A DNA stretch of 64,000 bases from Gemmatimonadaceae bacterium (GTDB taxonomy: Bacteria > Gemmatimonadota > Gemmatimonadetes > Gemmatimonadales > Gemmatimonadaceae): assembly GCA_040902005.1 (NCBI GenBank), contig JBBDYA010000100.1:1-64000 (forward strand). Reading direction: 5' to 3'. The position numbers and the translations under genes are program-made. Under the pieces are notes generated by a model. That model saw only the letters and a list, made by a program, of their open reading frames with translations, had not been told where the DNA came from and made no database searches. Shown here in pieces: positions 17,871 to 26,927 of the stretch (position 1 is the first letter of the stretch; each line of letters starts with the position of its first letter).

Positions 17871-18154
17871 TGTGCGCGTGCTCCCGCAGTCGCCCGCTGT
17901 CCGGCTTGAGTCCTGGGTACGCCCGCGCTTCCGCATGGGCGGTCCGGAAGGGTGGATACCTCACGCTTGAGTAGCGTGATTGGCCGGTCATGCCCGAGGG
18001 AGACGGTCTCGTCGTACCTAGCAACACCTCGGACACAGGCACAGCGGACCACGGGCCCGACAGGTGGCTTGGACGCACGCATGCACGGAGCACCGACCGG
18101 CAGTCTCCCGCGTGTCCGCATCCGTTGTCCCGTGTTTCCGTGCATCGTGGTCAT
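17867..18154 (-). CDS. Hypothetical basic protein
   Basis: Supported mainly by 4-nt overlaps at both ends (ATGA at 18151-18154, GTGA at 17867-17870). Confidence 0.45.
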   Translation of the reverse strand: MTTMHGNTGQRMRTRGRLPVGAPCMRASKPPVGPVVRCACVRGVARYDETVSLGHDRPITLLKREVSTLPDRPCGSAGVPRTQAGQRATAGARAQ

Positions 18155-18351
18155 GATCCACTCCCGTTCCGTTCGGCGCTGAGCGCTTCCAAAGAGATCA
18201 GGGGCCACCACGCATCCGCCGTGCTGTTATCGAACTGGAGAAGCGCGACGTAGAACGGCTGGGAGATTTCGAGAATGGTTGCCCGCCGTCTTGTGTCCGT
18301 GGTGCGGACTCGCTGGCCCACCTTCAGCTCACTCGCTTGGTACGCCAGCAT
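18151..18351 (-). CDS. Small SH3/KOW-like hypothetical protein
   Basis: LKVGQRVR...ATILEI beta pattern. SD GGAGAGG. Confidence 0.55.
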   Translation of the reverse strand: MLAYQASELKVGQRVRTTDTRRRATILEISQPFYVALLQFDNSTADAWWPLISLEALSAERNGSGS

Positions 18352-18502
18352 CGGAGGCCTCTCCGCTTGTGCCGAGGTATCGATCCAGTGCAGCCCGCAC
18401 CAGCCTGCTCACGGTCGTCTGGTCCTTCTTCGCACGGGCGAAGACCGCTTTGCGCTGATCCTTTGTGACCAGCACCAGCAACCGGCTATCCATTTTGACC
18501 AT
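18329..18502 (-). CDS. RHH (CopG-like) DNA-binding protein
   Basis: RLLVLVTKDQRKAV..RAKK..TTVSRLVRAALDRYL. SD AGGAGG. Confidence 0.7.
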   Translation of the reverse strand: MVKMDSRLLVLVTKDQRKAVFARAKKDQTTVSRLVRAALDRYLGTSGEASDAGVPSE

Positions 18503-18573
18503 ACGGTCCTCCTGAAACGCAAAAGCCTTCCTTGTCATGGGAAGGCTCACGAGTCGTTCAGGGAGATCCGAGG

Positions 18574-19005
18574 TCAGTGTCCGTACGGTTGCCGTGCTAG
18601 CGGTTTCATCATGATCGGATCAGTGACCACAACGCGGTTCTTCCACACAGGCATGAGCCGCTCGACCAGTTTCTGAAGGTCCCGGTGATCGCCAGTCATC
18701 TCCCACAGAAACGCCCACCGCAGATGATGCTCGGCGCGCGATCCAAGGCCGTGCTTCTCGAACGCCTTCACCAGCGCTTCCGCCAACCTGCGACGCGTGC
18801 CGTGCTGTTCTGCCCACGACTCCAACCGGCGCATGTTCTCATACAGGGCGCACAACTCCAGTTCACGCTGACCGCACTCCTCGCAGTAGTCCGGCAGCAT
18901 GTCACTGCGAACGCAGACGCCGCAGCCTCCGTCCCACTTCGCCATCTGGGCCGCTGAGATGAACCGCCACCCGCACCGTGCGCATCCTTTGGATCGCCTG
19001 CTCAT
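18574..19005 (-). CDS. Cys-rich hypothetical protein
   Basis: Three CxxC motifs (CARC, CGVC, CEEC). SD GAGGAG. Confidence 0.6.
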   Translation of the reverse strand: MSRRSKGCARCGWRFISAAQMAKWDGGCGVCVRSDMLPDYCEECGQRELELCALYENMRRLESWAEQHGTRRRLAEALVKAFEKHGLGSRAEHHLRWAFLWEMTGDHRDLQKLVERLMPVWKNRVVVTDPIMMKPLARQPYGH

Positions 19006-19190
19006 GTCACCGCTCCTCGTTTAGGCCGCTTCGCATCTTCCCTAGTCGCCGGGCACCTCTGCTCCCAATCCCGGCTTTCCAATTCAGCTTTTGTTGTCGA
19101 GGTGCCCTCCGGCGCTGCGCGCCGGAGCATACCTTCGTAGGTGCGCTGGTCGAGGGAGCAGGGTAATCCGGGTTCAGGGTCCTATAGTAT

Positions 19191-19261
19191 CCGTTGTTCA
19201 CGAAGCGTCTCACCCGTTGTTCAGAAATCGTCTCACCCGTTGTTCAGTGTATGGACAACGG
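19191..19261. repeat. 23-bp-period tandem repeats (iteron-like)
   Basis: CCGTTGTTCA at 19191, 19214 and 19237. CGTCTCACCCGTTGTTCAG twice. Inverted near-copy TGGACAACGG at 19252-19261. Confidence 0.8.
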
Positions 19262-19808
19262 CTTCGGTGGCTTCAGCGGGCACCCGGTGACGCTTTCTGG
19301 GCCGCTTCTTGGTTCCGTACTCGCGTTCGAACCGCACCGGCCCTGACCAGCCCTCCCCCATCGGCAGCACGTCGTTTGGGATGCAGAACTGCACTCCACT
19401 GCTTGATTGCGCACCGTCCCTGTGGAATTCGTGAGTCCGCACCCACCCATCCCTTCGGAGAGCTACGAGGTGCGCGTTATAGGTTGGCCGTTTCATCCCG
19501 AGTGCCCTAGCTGCCGTTTTCTGAGCCGGGTACGCGTTGCTCAGGTCAGGATTGGCCTTCCGGAGTAGGTACGAGAGCACGCGGAATTGTGCGTGCGTCA
19601 GCGGTGTGTGGGCGTCCGCGATGTCACGGTACACCGCGCGCCTACGCTTGGGATCATCCAAGGCGTTGCGCAGTTTCGCGTCTTGTGCTTCTCTGGCCTG
19701 TCGCTCCAGCGTGTCCGCGCGTGTCTCATCATTGGCGCGAAAGTCGAGATCGTCTCCGTAATCTTGGTCGTCGAGCGGGATTGTTCCCGCTACAGCATCG
19801 CCGGTCAT
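19233..19808 (-). CDS. wHTH (HTH_36-like) replication-initiator-type protein
   Basis: LTHAQFRVLSYL...AYPAQKTAARALGMKR.T...LVALRRDGWV pattern. SD GAGGAGG. Confidence 0.7.
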   Translation of the reverse strand: MTGDAVAGTIPLDDQDYGDDLDFRANDETRADTLERQAREAQDAKLRNALDDPKRRRAVYRDIADAHTPLTHAQFRVLSYLLRKANPDLSNAYPAQKTAARALGMKRPTYNAHLVALRRDGWVRTHEFHRDGAQSSSGVQFCIPNDVLPMGEGWSGPVRFEREYGTKKRPRKRHRVPAEATEAVVHTLNNG

Positions 19809-19937
19809 GTTGCCTCCTCGTATGGCGTGGCGCGACGAACGGGGCTGCACCAGATGACAAGGAGACACCCAGTACACTTGCGGGGGGATCAGCCCACCCC
19901 GAGCGTCACGATACCAGACAGGTACGGCAGGACCCTC

Positions 19938-21077
19938 TTACTGCACCGTTGCGAGTTCCGAGGGCACGTCGATGCTCTCGGTACCGCCGTCGTCCTCGCA
20001 ATCGGCTTCATACGCAGCGCTGCGCGCTACAACCGTCGCAGCAGCATCAGCAACGTCGTATTCATGAATGCGTTCGCGCGCTTGCTCCTCCAGCCGACCC
20101 ACCGCCTTGCGCACTGCTACGACCACGCGGAGAACTGACTCGCATGCTTCACAAGAGAATGGCGGGCGCTCGTCTGGTCGTAACAGTCCGAGCAATCCGT
20201 GCGGACCGGTGAATAGATCACGCGTTGCCCAGCGAAAGCGATCCGCGAACTGGATGTACGTCTCGAGCGGTGACAGGTAACGCACTGTCATTCGTGGCGC
20301 TGACTGGCTCTTAGCCGCTGCCGTTGCCCCCCTCTCAGGCAAGAAGCGTAGCTTGGCGCGCACTTGGTGCCTGTTAATCCCGCCAGCCTTAAGAGCTGAA
20401 AGCAACGCGTGTGCCTGCGCCTTGATCGCCAGATGACTGTACTGCACGGCCTGCTCACCCCCGCCTTTCTTCGCAACGCGCGCCGCTTTCAACTCGTCGG
20501 ACACTTTGTGCTCGAAGTCGTCCACGCAGTAGTCATCGTAGAAGCTCCGCACTTCGGTCACAAACGTTCGTCGCTCAATCGGATCCAATCCGTCGAGGTC
20601 CGACCATCGGATCAGCCCTAGGTTGGCCAGGTCACCGACTGCGTTCGCGTGCTCCTCGTCGTTGTCCATATAGAGAAGCCGGGCAGCATCCCGCAGGCTA
20701 TGAATCCCAACACGTTGGGATTCTGCATACTGGTTCCACTCGCGAGCGATCTTCATATAGAGATTCGCAGTCGCTTGGGAAAATCCGCAGCGCGTCGCGA
20801 CCCACGACTGCCACTGGCCGTATCTCACTAACCTTTTGGCCTCGATCAATTTGACACCCGCCAGTCGGGCGTAGTCGAGACTTGTTCGCATGCCGCGCTC
20901 AGCGAGGTCATGTAATTCCTCGATTTCTGTCCCCAGCTCGTTTAGCGTCACCGCGTCGCGTGAAGGCGCTACGGTGCTCCCCGCGTCAGCCTTGGTACGG
21001 CCCTCCTTCTGACCTAGTTCTGTGACCTCCGCCGACTGCTTTCCGGCGTTCGTGGCTTCCTCCTGCGTCGTGCTCAT
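19938..21077 (-). CDS. DUF3102 domain protein
   Basis: AGVKLIEAKRLVRYGQWQSWV...GFSQATANLYMKIA signature. SD GAGGGA before ATG 21077. Confidence 0.8.
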   Translation of the reverse strand: MSTTQEEATNAGKQSAEVTELGQKEGRTKADAGSTVAPSRDAVTLNELGTEIEELHDLAERGMRTSLDYARLAGVKLIEAKRLVRYGQWQSWVATRCGFSQATANLYMKIAREWNQYAESQRVGIHSLRDAARLLYMDNDEEHANAVGDLANLGLIRWSDLDGLDPIERRTFVTEVRSFYDDYCVDDFEHKVSDELKAARVAKKGGGEQAVQYSHLAIKAQAHALLSALKAGGINRHQVRAKLRFLPERGATAAAKSQSAPRMTVRYLSPLETYIQFADRFRWATRDLFTGPHGLLGLLRPDERPPFSCEACESVLRVVVAVRKAVGRLEEQARERIHEYDVADAAATVVARSAAYEADCEDDGGTESIDVPSELATVQ

Positions 21078-21338
21078 CGTTCCCTCGTAAGTGGTGGGTA
21101 ATGCCATTGGTCGGATGACCATGGACCACCTACTAGGTGTGTGTTTGCTTGGCTAACGTACTATTCACCTGTCGAATGCCGAGAGGAGCCTGCGTTCAGC
21201 GGAGCCCCCAGTCTTCTCCCAACGCCTCAGCGCTTCCGCTGGACTCCCTAGACCGCCGTGGGCCCAACGACTTGGCCGCACAGTGCTGCACCTAGCAACC
21301 TGCGCGCAGTTCCACCTGACTCCCGTCCGGCCCGCCCA

Positions 21339-21578
21339 TCATTCGGCCCGCTCCTTCGCGCCGGAGCGGTTGGACGACCGCGTGTGCGCTTTGATCCACC
21401 GATCCCACCACGGAGCGACGCCGTTCTCCGGGAACATGTACCGCTTCCCGAATGGCACGTACGGCGGACCTTTCCCCTGCCGAGTCAGGTGACGCACGGT
21501 CCACAGTGGAAGGCCGGTCAGCTCAGCAACCTGCTTCGCTGTAAGCAGTCGCTGGAGCGGCTTTGAGTCTGTGCTCAC
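21339..21578 (-). CDS. AlpA/excisionase-like HTH protein
   Basis: RLLTAKQVAELTGL...TVR.L...GKGPPY..FGKR. GTG start with SD AGGAGG. First gene inside the att site. Confidence 0.85.
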   Translation of the reverse strand: MSTDSKPLQRLLTAKQVAELTGLPLWTVRHLTRQGKGPPYVPFGKRYMFPENGVAPWWDRWIKAHTRSSNRSGAKERAE

Positions 21579-21760
21579 TTCGCATCCTCCTGTTGCATGG
21601 ATGCCTTGTAAGAGTGGGCACACCTCGGCTAGTGGATGTTCCACCTGGCTACGTGCCCACCTAGCGCGATGCAGCCCGTTGGAGGGACGGGGTTGCGTGT
21701 TGGCCCGCGTTTCAGCCGCGCCCGTCGCTCGACTAGGGTGGACCCTAGGTTTTTGCCACG

Positions 21761-21793
21761 AAAAGCCCGCCAAAGCGCGTGGCCTTGGCGGGC
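21761..21793 (-). terminator. Element-borne terminator downstream of the tRNA
   Basis: AAAA-GCCCGCCAA-N11-TTGGCGGGC hairpin with a U-tract on the minus strand. Confidence 0.65.
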
Positions 21794-21815
21794 TAAGTCG
21801 TTGATTTGCTTGGAA

Positions 21816-21890
<75 letters not shown>

Positions 21891-21916
21891 CGTGAAGGGC
21901 CGCCACTGAGGCTGTA

Positions 21917-21945
21917 AAACTAATTGCCTCAACAGTTACGCTCAA
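21917..21945 (-). promoter_or_regulatory. Putative sigma70 promoter of tRNA-Ile
   Basis: TTGAGC-N17-TAGTTT on the minus strand, with the -10 box 26 nt upstream of the tRNA. Confidence 0.55.
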
Positions 21946-21984
21946 CCTGAGACGCCCCCGCGGCGGCCTGTCTGGCGCCCCGAA

Positions 21985-22335
21985 TCAGTCCTCGTACTTC
22001 CCCGGCCGCCCCGGCTTCTCCTCCTCCTCGCCCGCGTCGTCGTACTCGTCATCCAGATCGATCAGATCGTCGTCGAGGTCGTCGTCCTCGTCGTCATCGT
22101 CGTCGTCGTCGTCGTCGTCATCCAGGTCGTCGTCGTCCTCGTCGTCGTCGTCGTCGTCGTCCAGGTCGTCGTCATCGTCCAGGTCGACGTCGTCCTCGAG
22201 ATCATCGTCCGCTGCACGGACGACGTCGCCCAAATCGCCATCGCGCTGAGCGGCCAGCCACCGCTCCGACGACTCGAACAGCTCCCGCATTGCCCGATCT
22301 CCCAGGTGTTCAGGGTTTATGAGGATGCCAACCAC
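21985..22335 (-). CDS. Highly acidic (poly-Asp) hypothetical protein
   Basis: Long GAC/GAT/GAG codon runs. The start is uncertain (alternative ATG at 22290). Confidence 0.6.
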   Translation of the reverse strand: MVGILINPEHLGDRAMRELFESSERWLAAQRDGDLGDVVRAADDDLEDDVDLDDDDDLDDDDDDDEDDDDLDDDDDDDDDDDEDDDLDDDLIDLDDEYDDAGEEEEKPGRPGKYED

Positions 22336-22371
22336 GATGGTCCCACGTGCTCCGGCGTGTTCCGTGCGCTG

Positions 22372-24231
22372 CTAGATCGAGGCTTGCTCGCGCTCCCGCT
22401 TGGCTCCCCGCGCAAGGCGCTTGCGGTCGGACGTCGCCAGCGAGCGCTTCCGCAATCGGATCGCTTTCGGCGTCACCTCGATCAATTCGTCGTCCTCGAT
22501 ATACTCCAGCGCGGCTTCCAGCGTCAACTCCCGCGGCGGCTCCAGCTGGATGTTCTCGTCGCTGGACTTGCTGCGCATGTTCGTGAGCTTCTTCTCGCGC
22601 GTGGGGTTCACGTCCATGTCCCCCGGCCGGGCGTTCTCGCCGATGATCATGCCCTCGTAGACCGGGTCTCCCGGCGCGACGAAGAGGCGCGACCGCTCCT
22701 GGAGCGTGAAGAGCGCGAACGCGACCACCACGCCGTTCTCCATGGACACCAGGGTCCCGCGCATCCGGCCGCTGAGCGGCCCGGCCCAGCCACCGTACTC
22801 GAGGTACCGGTGATGCATGATGCCGGTGCCGCGCGTGTCCGTCAGGAATTCCGAGCGATAGCCGAACAAGCCGCGTGCCGGGATGCGGAACATCAGGCGC
22901 ACCATTCCCTGCCCCGGATTGCGCATGTCCAGCATCTCCCCGCGACGCGGCCCCAGCTTCTCGATCACCACGCCGAGGAACTCCTCGGGCACGTCGAGCA
23001 TCAGCTCCTCATACGGCTCCAGGCGCTCACCCTTCGGGCCCTCGCGCGTGATCACCCGCGGACGCGAGACCTGAAACTCGAAGCCTTCGCGCCGCATGGT
23101 CTCCATCAGGATGGACAGGTGCAGTTCGCCGCGCCCGGACACCGTCCAGCTGTCCGTCGCCGCGGTCTCCTCCACCCGCAGGGCAACGTTCCGCTCGAGC
23201 TCCCGGAACAGGCGTTCGCGCACCTGGCGCGACGTCACAAACTTGCCGTCCTTGCCGGCGAAGGGCGAGTTGTTCACCAGGAAGTCCACTGAAATCGTGG
23301 GCTCCTCCACCGCGATCCCTTCCAGCCGCTCCGGATGTTCAGGATCGGTGATGGTCAGCCCGATCTCCACGTTCTCGATGCCGGCAAGCGCGACGATCTC
23401 GCCCGCCGTGGCGGACGCCACCTCGAGCCGGTCGAGTCCCTCGTAGGCATACAGCTTCGTCACGCGCGACCGCTCCGCCTTCGATGCATCCACCGCGTCC
23501 GCCGCCGGCGCGATCGGCAGCAGCGCGACCGTATCGCCCACACGCACCTCGCCCCGCTCGATACGTCCGATGCCCATCCGGCCCAGGTAAGGGGAATAGT
23601 CGATGGTGGAGATCAGCATCTGGAAGGGACCGCTCGCGTCGCTGGGCGGCGGCGGCACGTGCTCGATGATGGAATCGAACAGGGGCGCCAGGTCCACCGG
23701 CGTGACGTCCATGTCCTTCGTGGACACGCCGTCGCGGCCGGACGCATAGACCACACACGCATCGAGCTGTGCCTCGTCGGCCTCGAGCTCGATGAACAGG
23801 TCGAGGACCTCATCGTGCACGCGCATCGGATCCGCGCCTGGCCGGTCGATCTTGTTGATGACCACGATCGGCGTGCGGCCGAGCGCGAGTGCCTTCCGGA
23901 GGACGAAGCGCGTCTGGGGCATCGGGCCGTCGAAGGCGTCCACCACCAGCAGCACGCCGTCCACCATGCGCAGGATCCGCTCGACTTCGCCGCCAAAGTC
24001 CGCGTGCCCGGGCGTGTCCACGATGTTGATCTTGTGGCCCTTCCACCGCACCGACGTGTTCTTCGCCAGAATCGTGATCCCACGCTCACGCTCGAGCGGG
24101 TTCGAATCCATCACGCGATCCTCCACGACCTGATTCTCGCGGAATGCTCCCGCCTGGCGGAGCATCTTGTCCACGAGTGTGGTCTTGCCGTGGTCCACGT
24201 GCGCAATGATCGCGATGTTCCTGATGTCCAT
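22372..24231 (-). CDS. typA: Translational GTPase TypA/BipA
   Basis: [57 protein letters not shown]. Confidence 0.97.
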   Translation of the reverse strand: MDIRNIAIIAHVDHGKTTLVDKMLRQAGAFRENQVVEDRVMDSNPLERERGITILAKNTSVRWKGHKINIVDTPGHADFGGEVERILRMVDGVLLVVDAFDGPMPQTRFVLRKALALGRTPIVVINKIDRPGADPMRVHDEVLDLFIELEADEAQLDACVVYASGRDGVSTKDMDVTPVDLAPLFDSIIEHVPPPPSDASGPFQMLISTIDYSPYLGRMGIGRIERGEVRVGDTVALLPIAPAADAVDASKAERSRVTKLYAYEGLDRLEVASATAGEIVALAGIENVEIGLTITDPEHPERLEGIAVEEPTISVDFLVNNSPFAGKDGKFVTSRQVRERLFRELERNVALRVEETAATDSWTVSGRGELHLSILMETMRREGFEFQVSRPRVITREGPKGERLEPYEELMLDVPEEFLGVVIEKLGPRRGEMLDMRNPGQGMVRLMFRIPARGLFGYRSEFLTDTRGTGIMHHRYLEYGGWAGPLSGRMRGTLVSMENGVVVAFALFTLQERSRLFVAPGDPVYEGMIIGENARPGDMDVNPTREKKLTNMRSKSSDENIQLEPPRELTLEAALEYIEDDELIEVTPKAIRLRKRSLATSDRKRLARGAKREREQASI

Positions 24232-24425
24232 AGCCGGAATAATTTAACCGATTGCGGCACAAGTGTTTAACCGCCATCGGCGGCCCGCGCCATCGGCGAC
24301 TGGTCCACAAAACATGCCGGGAACGCCCGACAGTCCCGTCCGGCATAATTCCCCTTGCATGAACGTTTGAAGGCACGCACAATGCGAGCTGCATGGAAGA
24401 ACTCACCTAAGCAGGAGTCCGGCCC

Positions 24426-24617
24426 ATGGATCATTCCCACGACCCCGCGCTTGAGGACTACCCCCACGGTCGAGGCTACGGCCACGACTACATGCGCGGC
24501 GGCGAAGTGCTCGGCGGGTATGGGTATGCCGATCGCGAGGCGTACGAGAAACGACGCGGAGAGTTGCAGGACGGCGAGTCCGGCGCGGGAGACGACGAGG
24601 AACACGAGGCGCGATGA
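24426..24617 (+). CDS. Small hypothetical protein
   Basis: SD AGGAG before ATG, host-like codons, followed by a hairpin. Confidence 0.5.
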   Translation: MDHSHDPALEDYPHGRGYGHDYMRGGEVLGGYGYADREAYEKRRGELQDGESGAGDDEEHEAR

Positions 24618-24670
24618 CGGCGCACGGCGGCGACGATGGTCGCGCTGATGCGCTGCACGCCACACGCAAT

Positions 24671-24698
24671 GCGGGGCGCGGACTGATCCGCGCCCCGC
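24671..24698. terminator. Hairpin terminator between convergent genes
   Basis: GCGGGGCGCGGA-ctga-TCCGCGCCCCGC followed by TGTTTATTT. Confidence 0.7.
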
Positions 24699-24701
24699 TG
24701 T

Positions 24702-26414
24702 TTATTTCTTGACGCCGCCCGCCGGCTTCCCGGCCGGCGGCTTCCCGGCCGCCGGTTTCCCGCCGGGCGCCGAGGCTCCACCCGCCGCGCCGTCATCCGC
24801 CTTCGGCTGTTCCGACTCCGCGAAACTCACGTCGAGGTTCCTCGCCTTGAGCATCGCCACGAACCCGGCCTTTTCCACGCACTTCATGAAGGCTTCCTTG
24901 GGCTCCACCTCGCCCGAATCGACGTACGCGATGAGCGCGTCGTTCAGGGTGCACATGCCGATGCGTTTCGAGGTCTGCATGATCGACGGAATCTGATACG
25001 TCTTGCCCTCACGAATGAGATTCGTGACCGAGGGCATCGTGAGGAGGATCTCTCGCGCCGCCACGCGTCCCCCGCCAATCTTCTTGCACAGCACCTGCGA
25101 GATGACCCCCTTGAGCGACTCGGCCAGCATGACGCGGATCTGCTCCTGGCGATCGGCGGGGAACTGGTCGATGATGCGATCCACCGTGCCCGCGGCCGTC
25201 GTCGTGTGCAGCGTGCCGAACACCAGGTGTCCCGTTTCGGCCGTCTCGATCGCGATGGAGACCGTTTCCAGATCCCGCATTTCCCCGACCAGGACAATGT
25301 CGGGGTCCTCGCGGAGTGCTGCCCGAAGCGCGGCCTTGAACGACTTCGTGTGCACGTGCACCTGGCGCTGGGTGATGATGCACGCCTTGTTCGGGTGCAC
25401 GAACTCGATCGGGTCCTCGATCGTGATGACGTGGTCGCTGCGCGCGCGGTTGACGAGGTCGATGAGCGCGCAGAGCGTAGTGGACTTGCCCGAGCCGGTC
25501 GGACCCGTGACCAGGACGAGCCCCTTGGTGAGGAAGCACAGCCGCTGCACTTCCTCGGTGACCTTCATCTGCTCCACCGACACCACCGTCGCGGGAATCT
25601 GCCGGAACACGGCCACCGGCCCGTTGCGGTCACGCGCGGCGTTCGCGCTAAAGCGCGCGACGCCGGGCAGCTCGTACGCATAGTCGGTGTCGTTACACTC
25701 GGCGAATTCCCGCCGGTTCCGCTCCGGCATGATCGAGCGCATCATCGAGAACAGTTGCTCGTCGGACAGCGGGGGCCCTTCCTGGCGGACCATTTCGCCA
25801 TGATGGCGCAGGATGGGCGGTTCGGTGACGCGCAGGTGAAGATCGGATGCATCCTTCGCGACCATCGTCTTCAGCAGCGAATCGAGAAACGCGCGGGCCT
25901 GCTCGATCCCCTCGAACGGCAGGATCAAGTCGAGCTCGGACTTCGACGACGAGCCGCTCACCGGCGGTGTCGTCGGTGCCGCGCTGGCGGCGACCGTGGC
26001 GGGCGCGGCTGGCGGCGCGGCCGGTGGTGCTTGCACGGGCGCTCCCTGTGGAGGTGTTTCCGGCGGCAGGTCCGTCACCTTGAACTGACCGGTGAGTCGC
26101 TTGAATTCCGCGCGGTCGTCGATCTTGCCCACGACGTGCCATTTCGTGCCGTTGAGCATCGCGCGAATGACGAATGCCCCGTCGCCGGTCACGTGCGCCA
26201 TCGTCGCGGGCTGGTTCGCGTCGAGTTTCTTCTGCGCGTCCGCGGACGCGACCTCCTTGAGGAGCGCGACGATCTGCGGCCCCGAGAGCGGCGTCTTGGT
26301 CAGCGGGCGCAACTGCCCACCGACCTCCACCTTCACCAGTTCGCCATCCTCGAGGACGAGTGAGTCCGCCTTGTTGCTCACCATCGCGGCGAGCAGACGA
26401 TCGAATTGCGCCAT
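24702..26414 (-). CDS. pilT: PilT/PilU-family retraction ATPase with N-terminal extension
   Basis: ASDLHL, GPTGSGKSTT, TIEDPIE, LREDPD..LVGEMRD, TGHLVFGTLHT. Confidence 0.92.
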   Translation of the reverse strand: MAQFDRLLAAMVSNKADSLVLEDGELVKVEVGGQLRPLTKTPLSGPQIVALLKEVASADAQKKLDANQPATMAHVTGDGAFVIRAMLNGTKWHVVGKIDDRAEFKRLTGQFKVTDLPPETPPQGAPVQAPPAAPPAAPATVAASAAPTTPPVSGSSSKSELDLILPFEGIEQARAFLDSLLKTMVAKDASDLHLRVTEPPILRHHGEMVRQEGPPLSDEQLFSMMRSIMPERNRREFAECNDTDYAYELPGVARFSANAARDRNGPVAVFRQIPATVVSVEQMKVTEEVQRLCFLTKGLVLVTGPTGSGKSTTLCALIDLVNRARSDHVITIEDPIEFVHPNKACIITQRQVHVHTKSFKAALRAALREDPDIVLVGEMRDLETVSIAIETAETGHLVFGTLHTTTAAGTVDRIIDQFPADRQEQIRVMLAESLKGVISQVLCKKIGGGRVAAREILLTMPSVTNLIREGKTYQIPSIMQTSKRIGMCTLNDALIAYVDSGEVEPKEAFMKCVEKAGFVAMLKARNLDVSFAESEQPKADDGAAGGASAPGGKPAAGKPPAGKPAGGVKK

Positions 26415-26875
26415 TAAGCAACCTCGCGCACGTGCGCGATTGTCTGTGTGTTGACCAGCAGCACCTGCGCGGCGTCGACCACCGGCAGGAAGCGGGGACG
26501 ATACCCGTTGAGAAAGTCCAGCAGGCGCGGACGATCGGAGGGCGTTTCGAGAAAGATGGAGCCACCACACACGCTGCCGTCCGTGAAGGTCAGCTCGACG
26601 GTGACGCCTAGCGGACCCAGGTCGAACGTATCGTCGGCGGCATGGGTCTCCGCGCGCGCCACGTTCGCCTTCGCGACGAGCAGCGCCTGGCCACCGGTCA
26701 CGAACGCGAAGAACGGGTCCGGGTCATTCAGCAGCTCCGCCGGTTCTTCCGGGCGAGGACGGTGCCGCGACACCGGTCGCAGGAACACCTCCCCTTCCAG
26801 CCGCTGGCCATCGCGCAGCACGACCGCCAGGGGGCGGCGCAGCTTTTCGATGCGATACTCGTTCATGTGCGCCAT
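26414..26875 (-). CDS. Hypothetical protein with an internal duplication
   Basis: Two similar halves (G.VFL...R..ELLN...FF and G.IFL...RLLDFLN...FL). Coupled to pilT. Confidence 0.7.
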   Translation of the reverse strand: MAHMNEYRIEKLRRPLAVVLRDGQRLEGEVFLRPVSRHRPRPEEPAELLNDPDPFFAFVTGGQALLVAKANVARAETHAADDTFDLGPLGVTVELTFTDGSVCGGSIFLETPSDRPRLLDFLNGYRPRFLPVVDAAQVLLVNTQTIAHVREVA

Positions 26876-26927
26876 TCTGTGGGCCCGGGAGCGGCAGCGT
26901 CAAGACTTGCGGCGCGCAGCCCGTCGA

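Noticed and set aside
19191..19261. Mini CRISPR array
   Set aside because: The units are near-tandem with only 4 variable bases and no spacers, and there are no cas genes in the window.
22030..22210. (GTC)n microsatellite or array
   Set aside because: It is the reverse complement of Asp codons in an open frame. Reported as an acidic protein instead.
24705..24790. Short repeats GCCGGCTTCCCGGCC
   Set aside because: They encode the low-complexity GKPA/GKPP tail of PilT.
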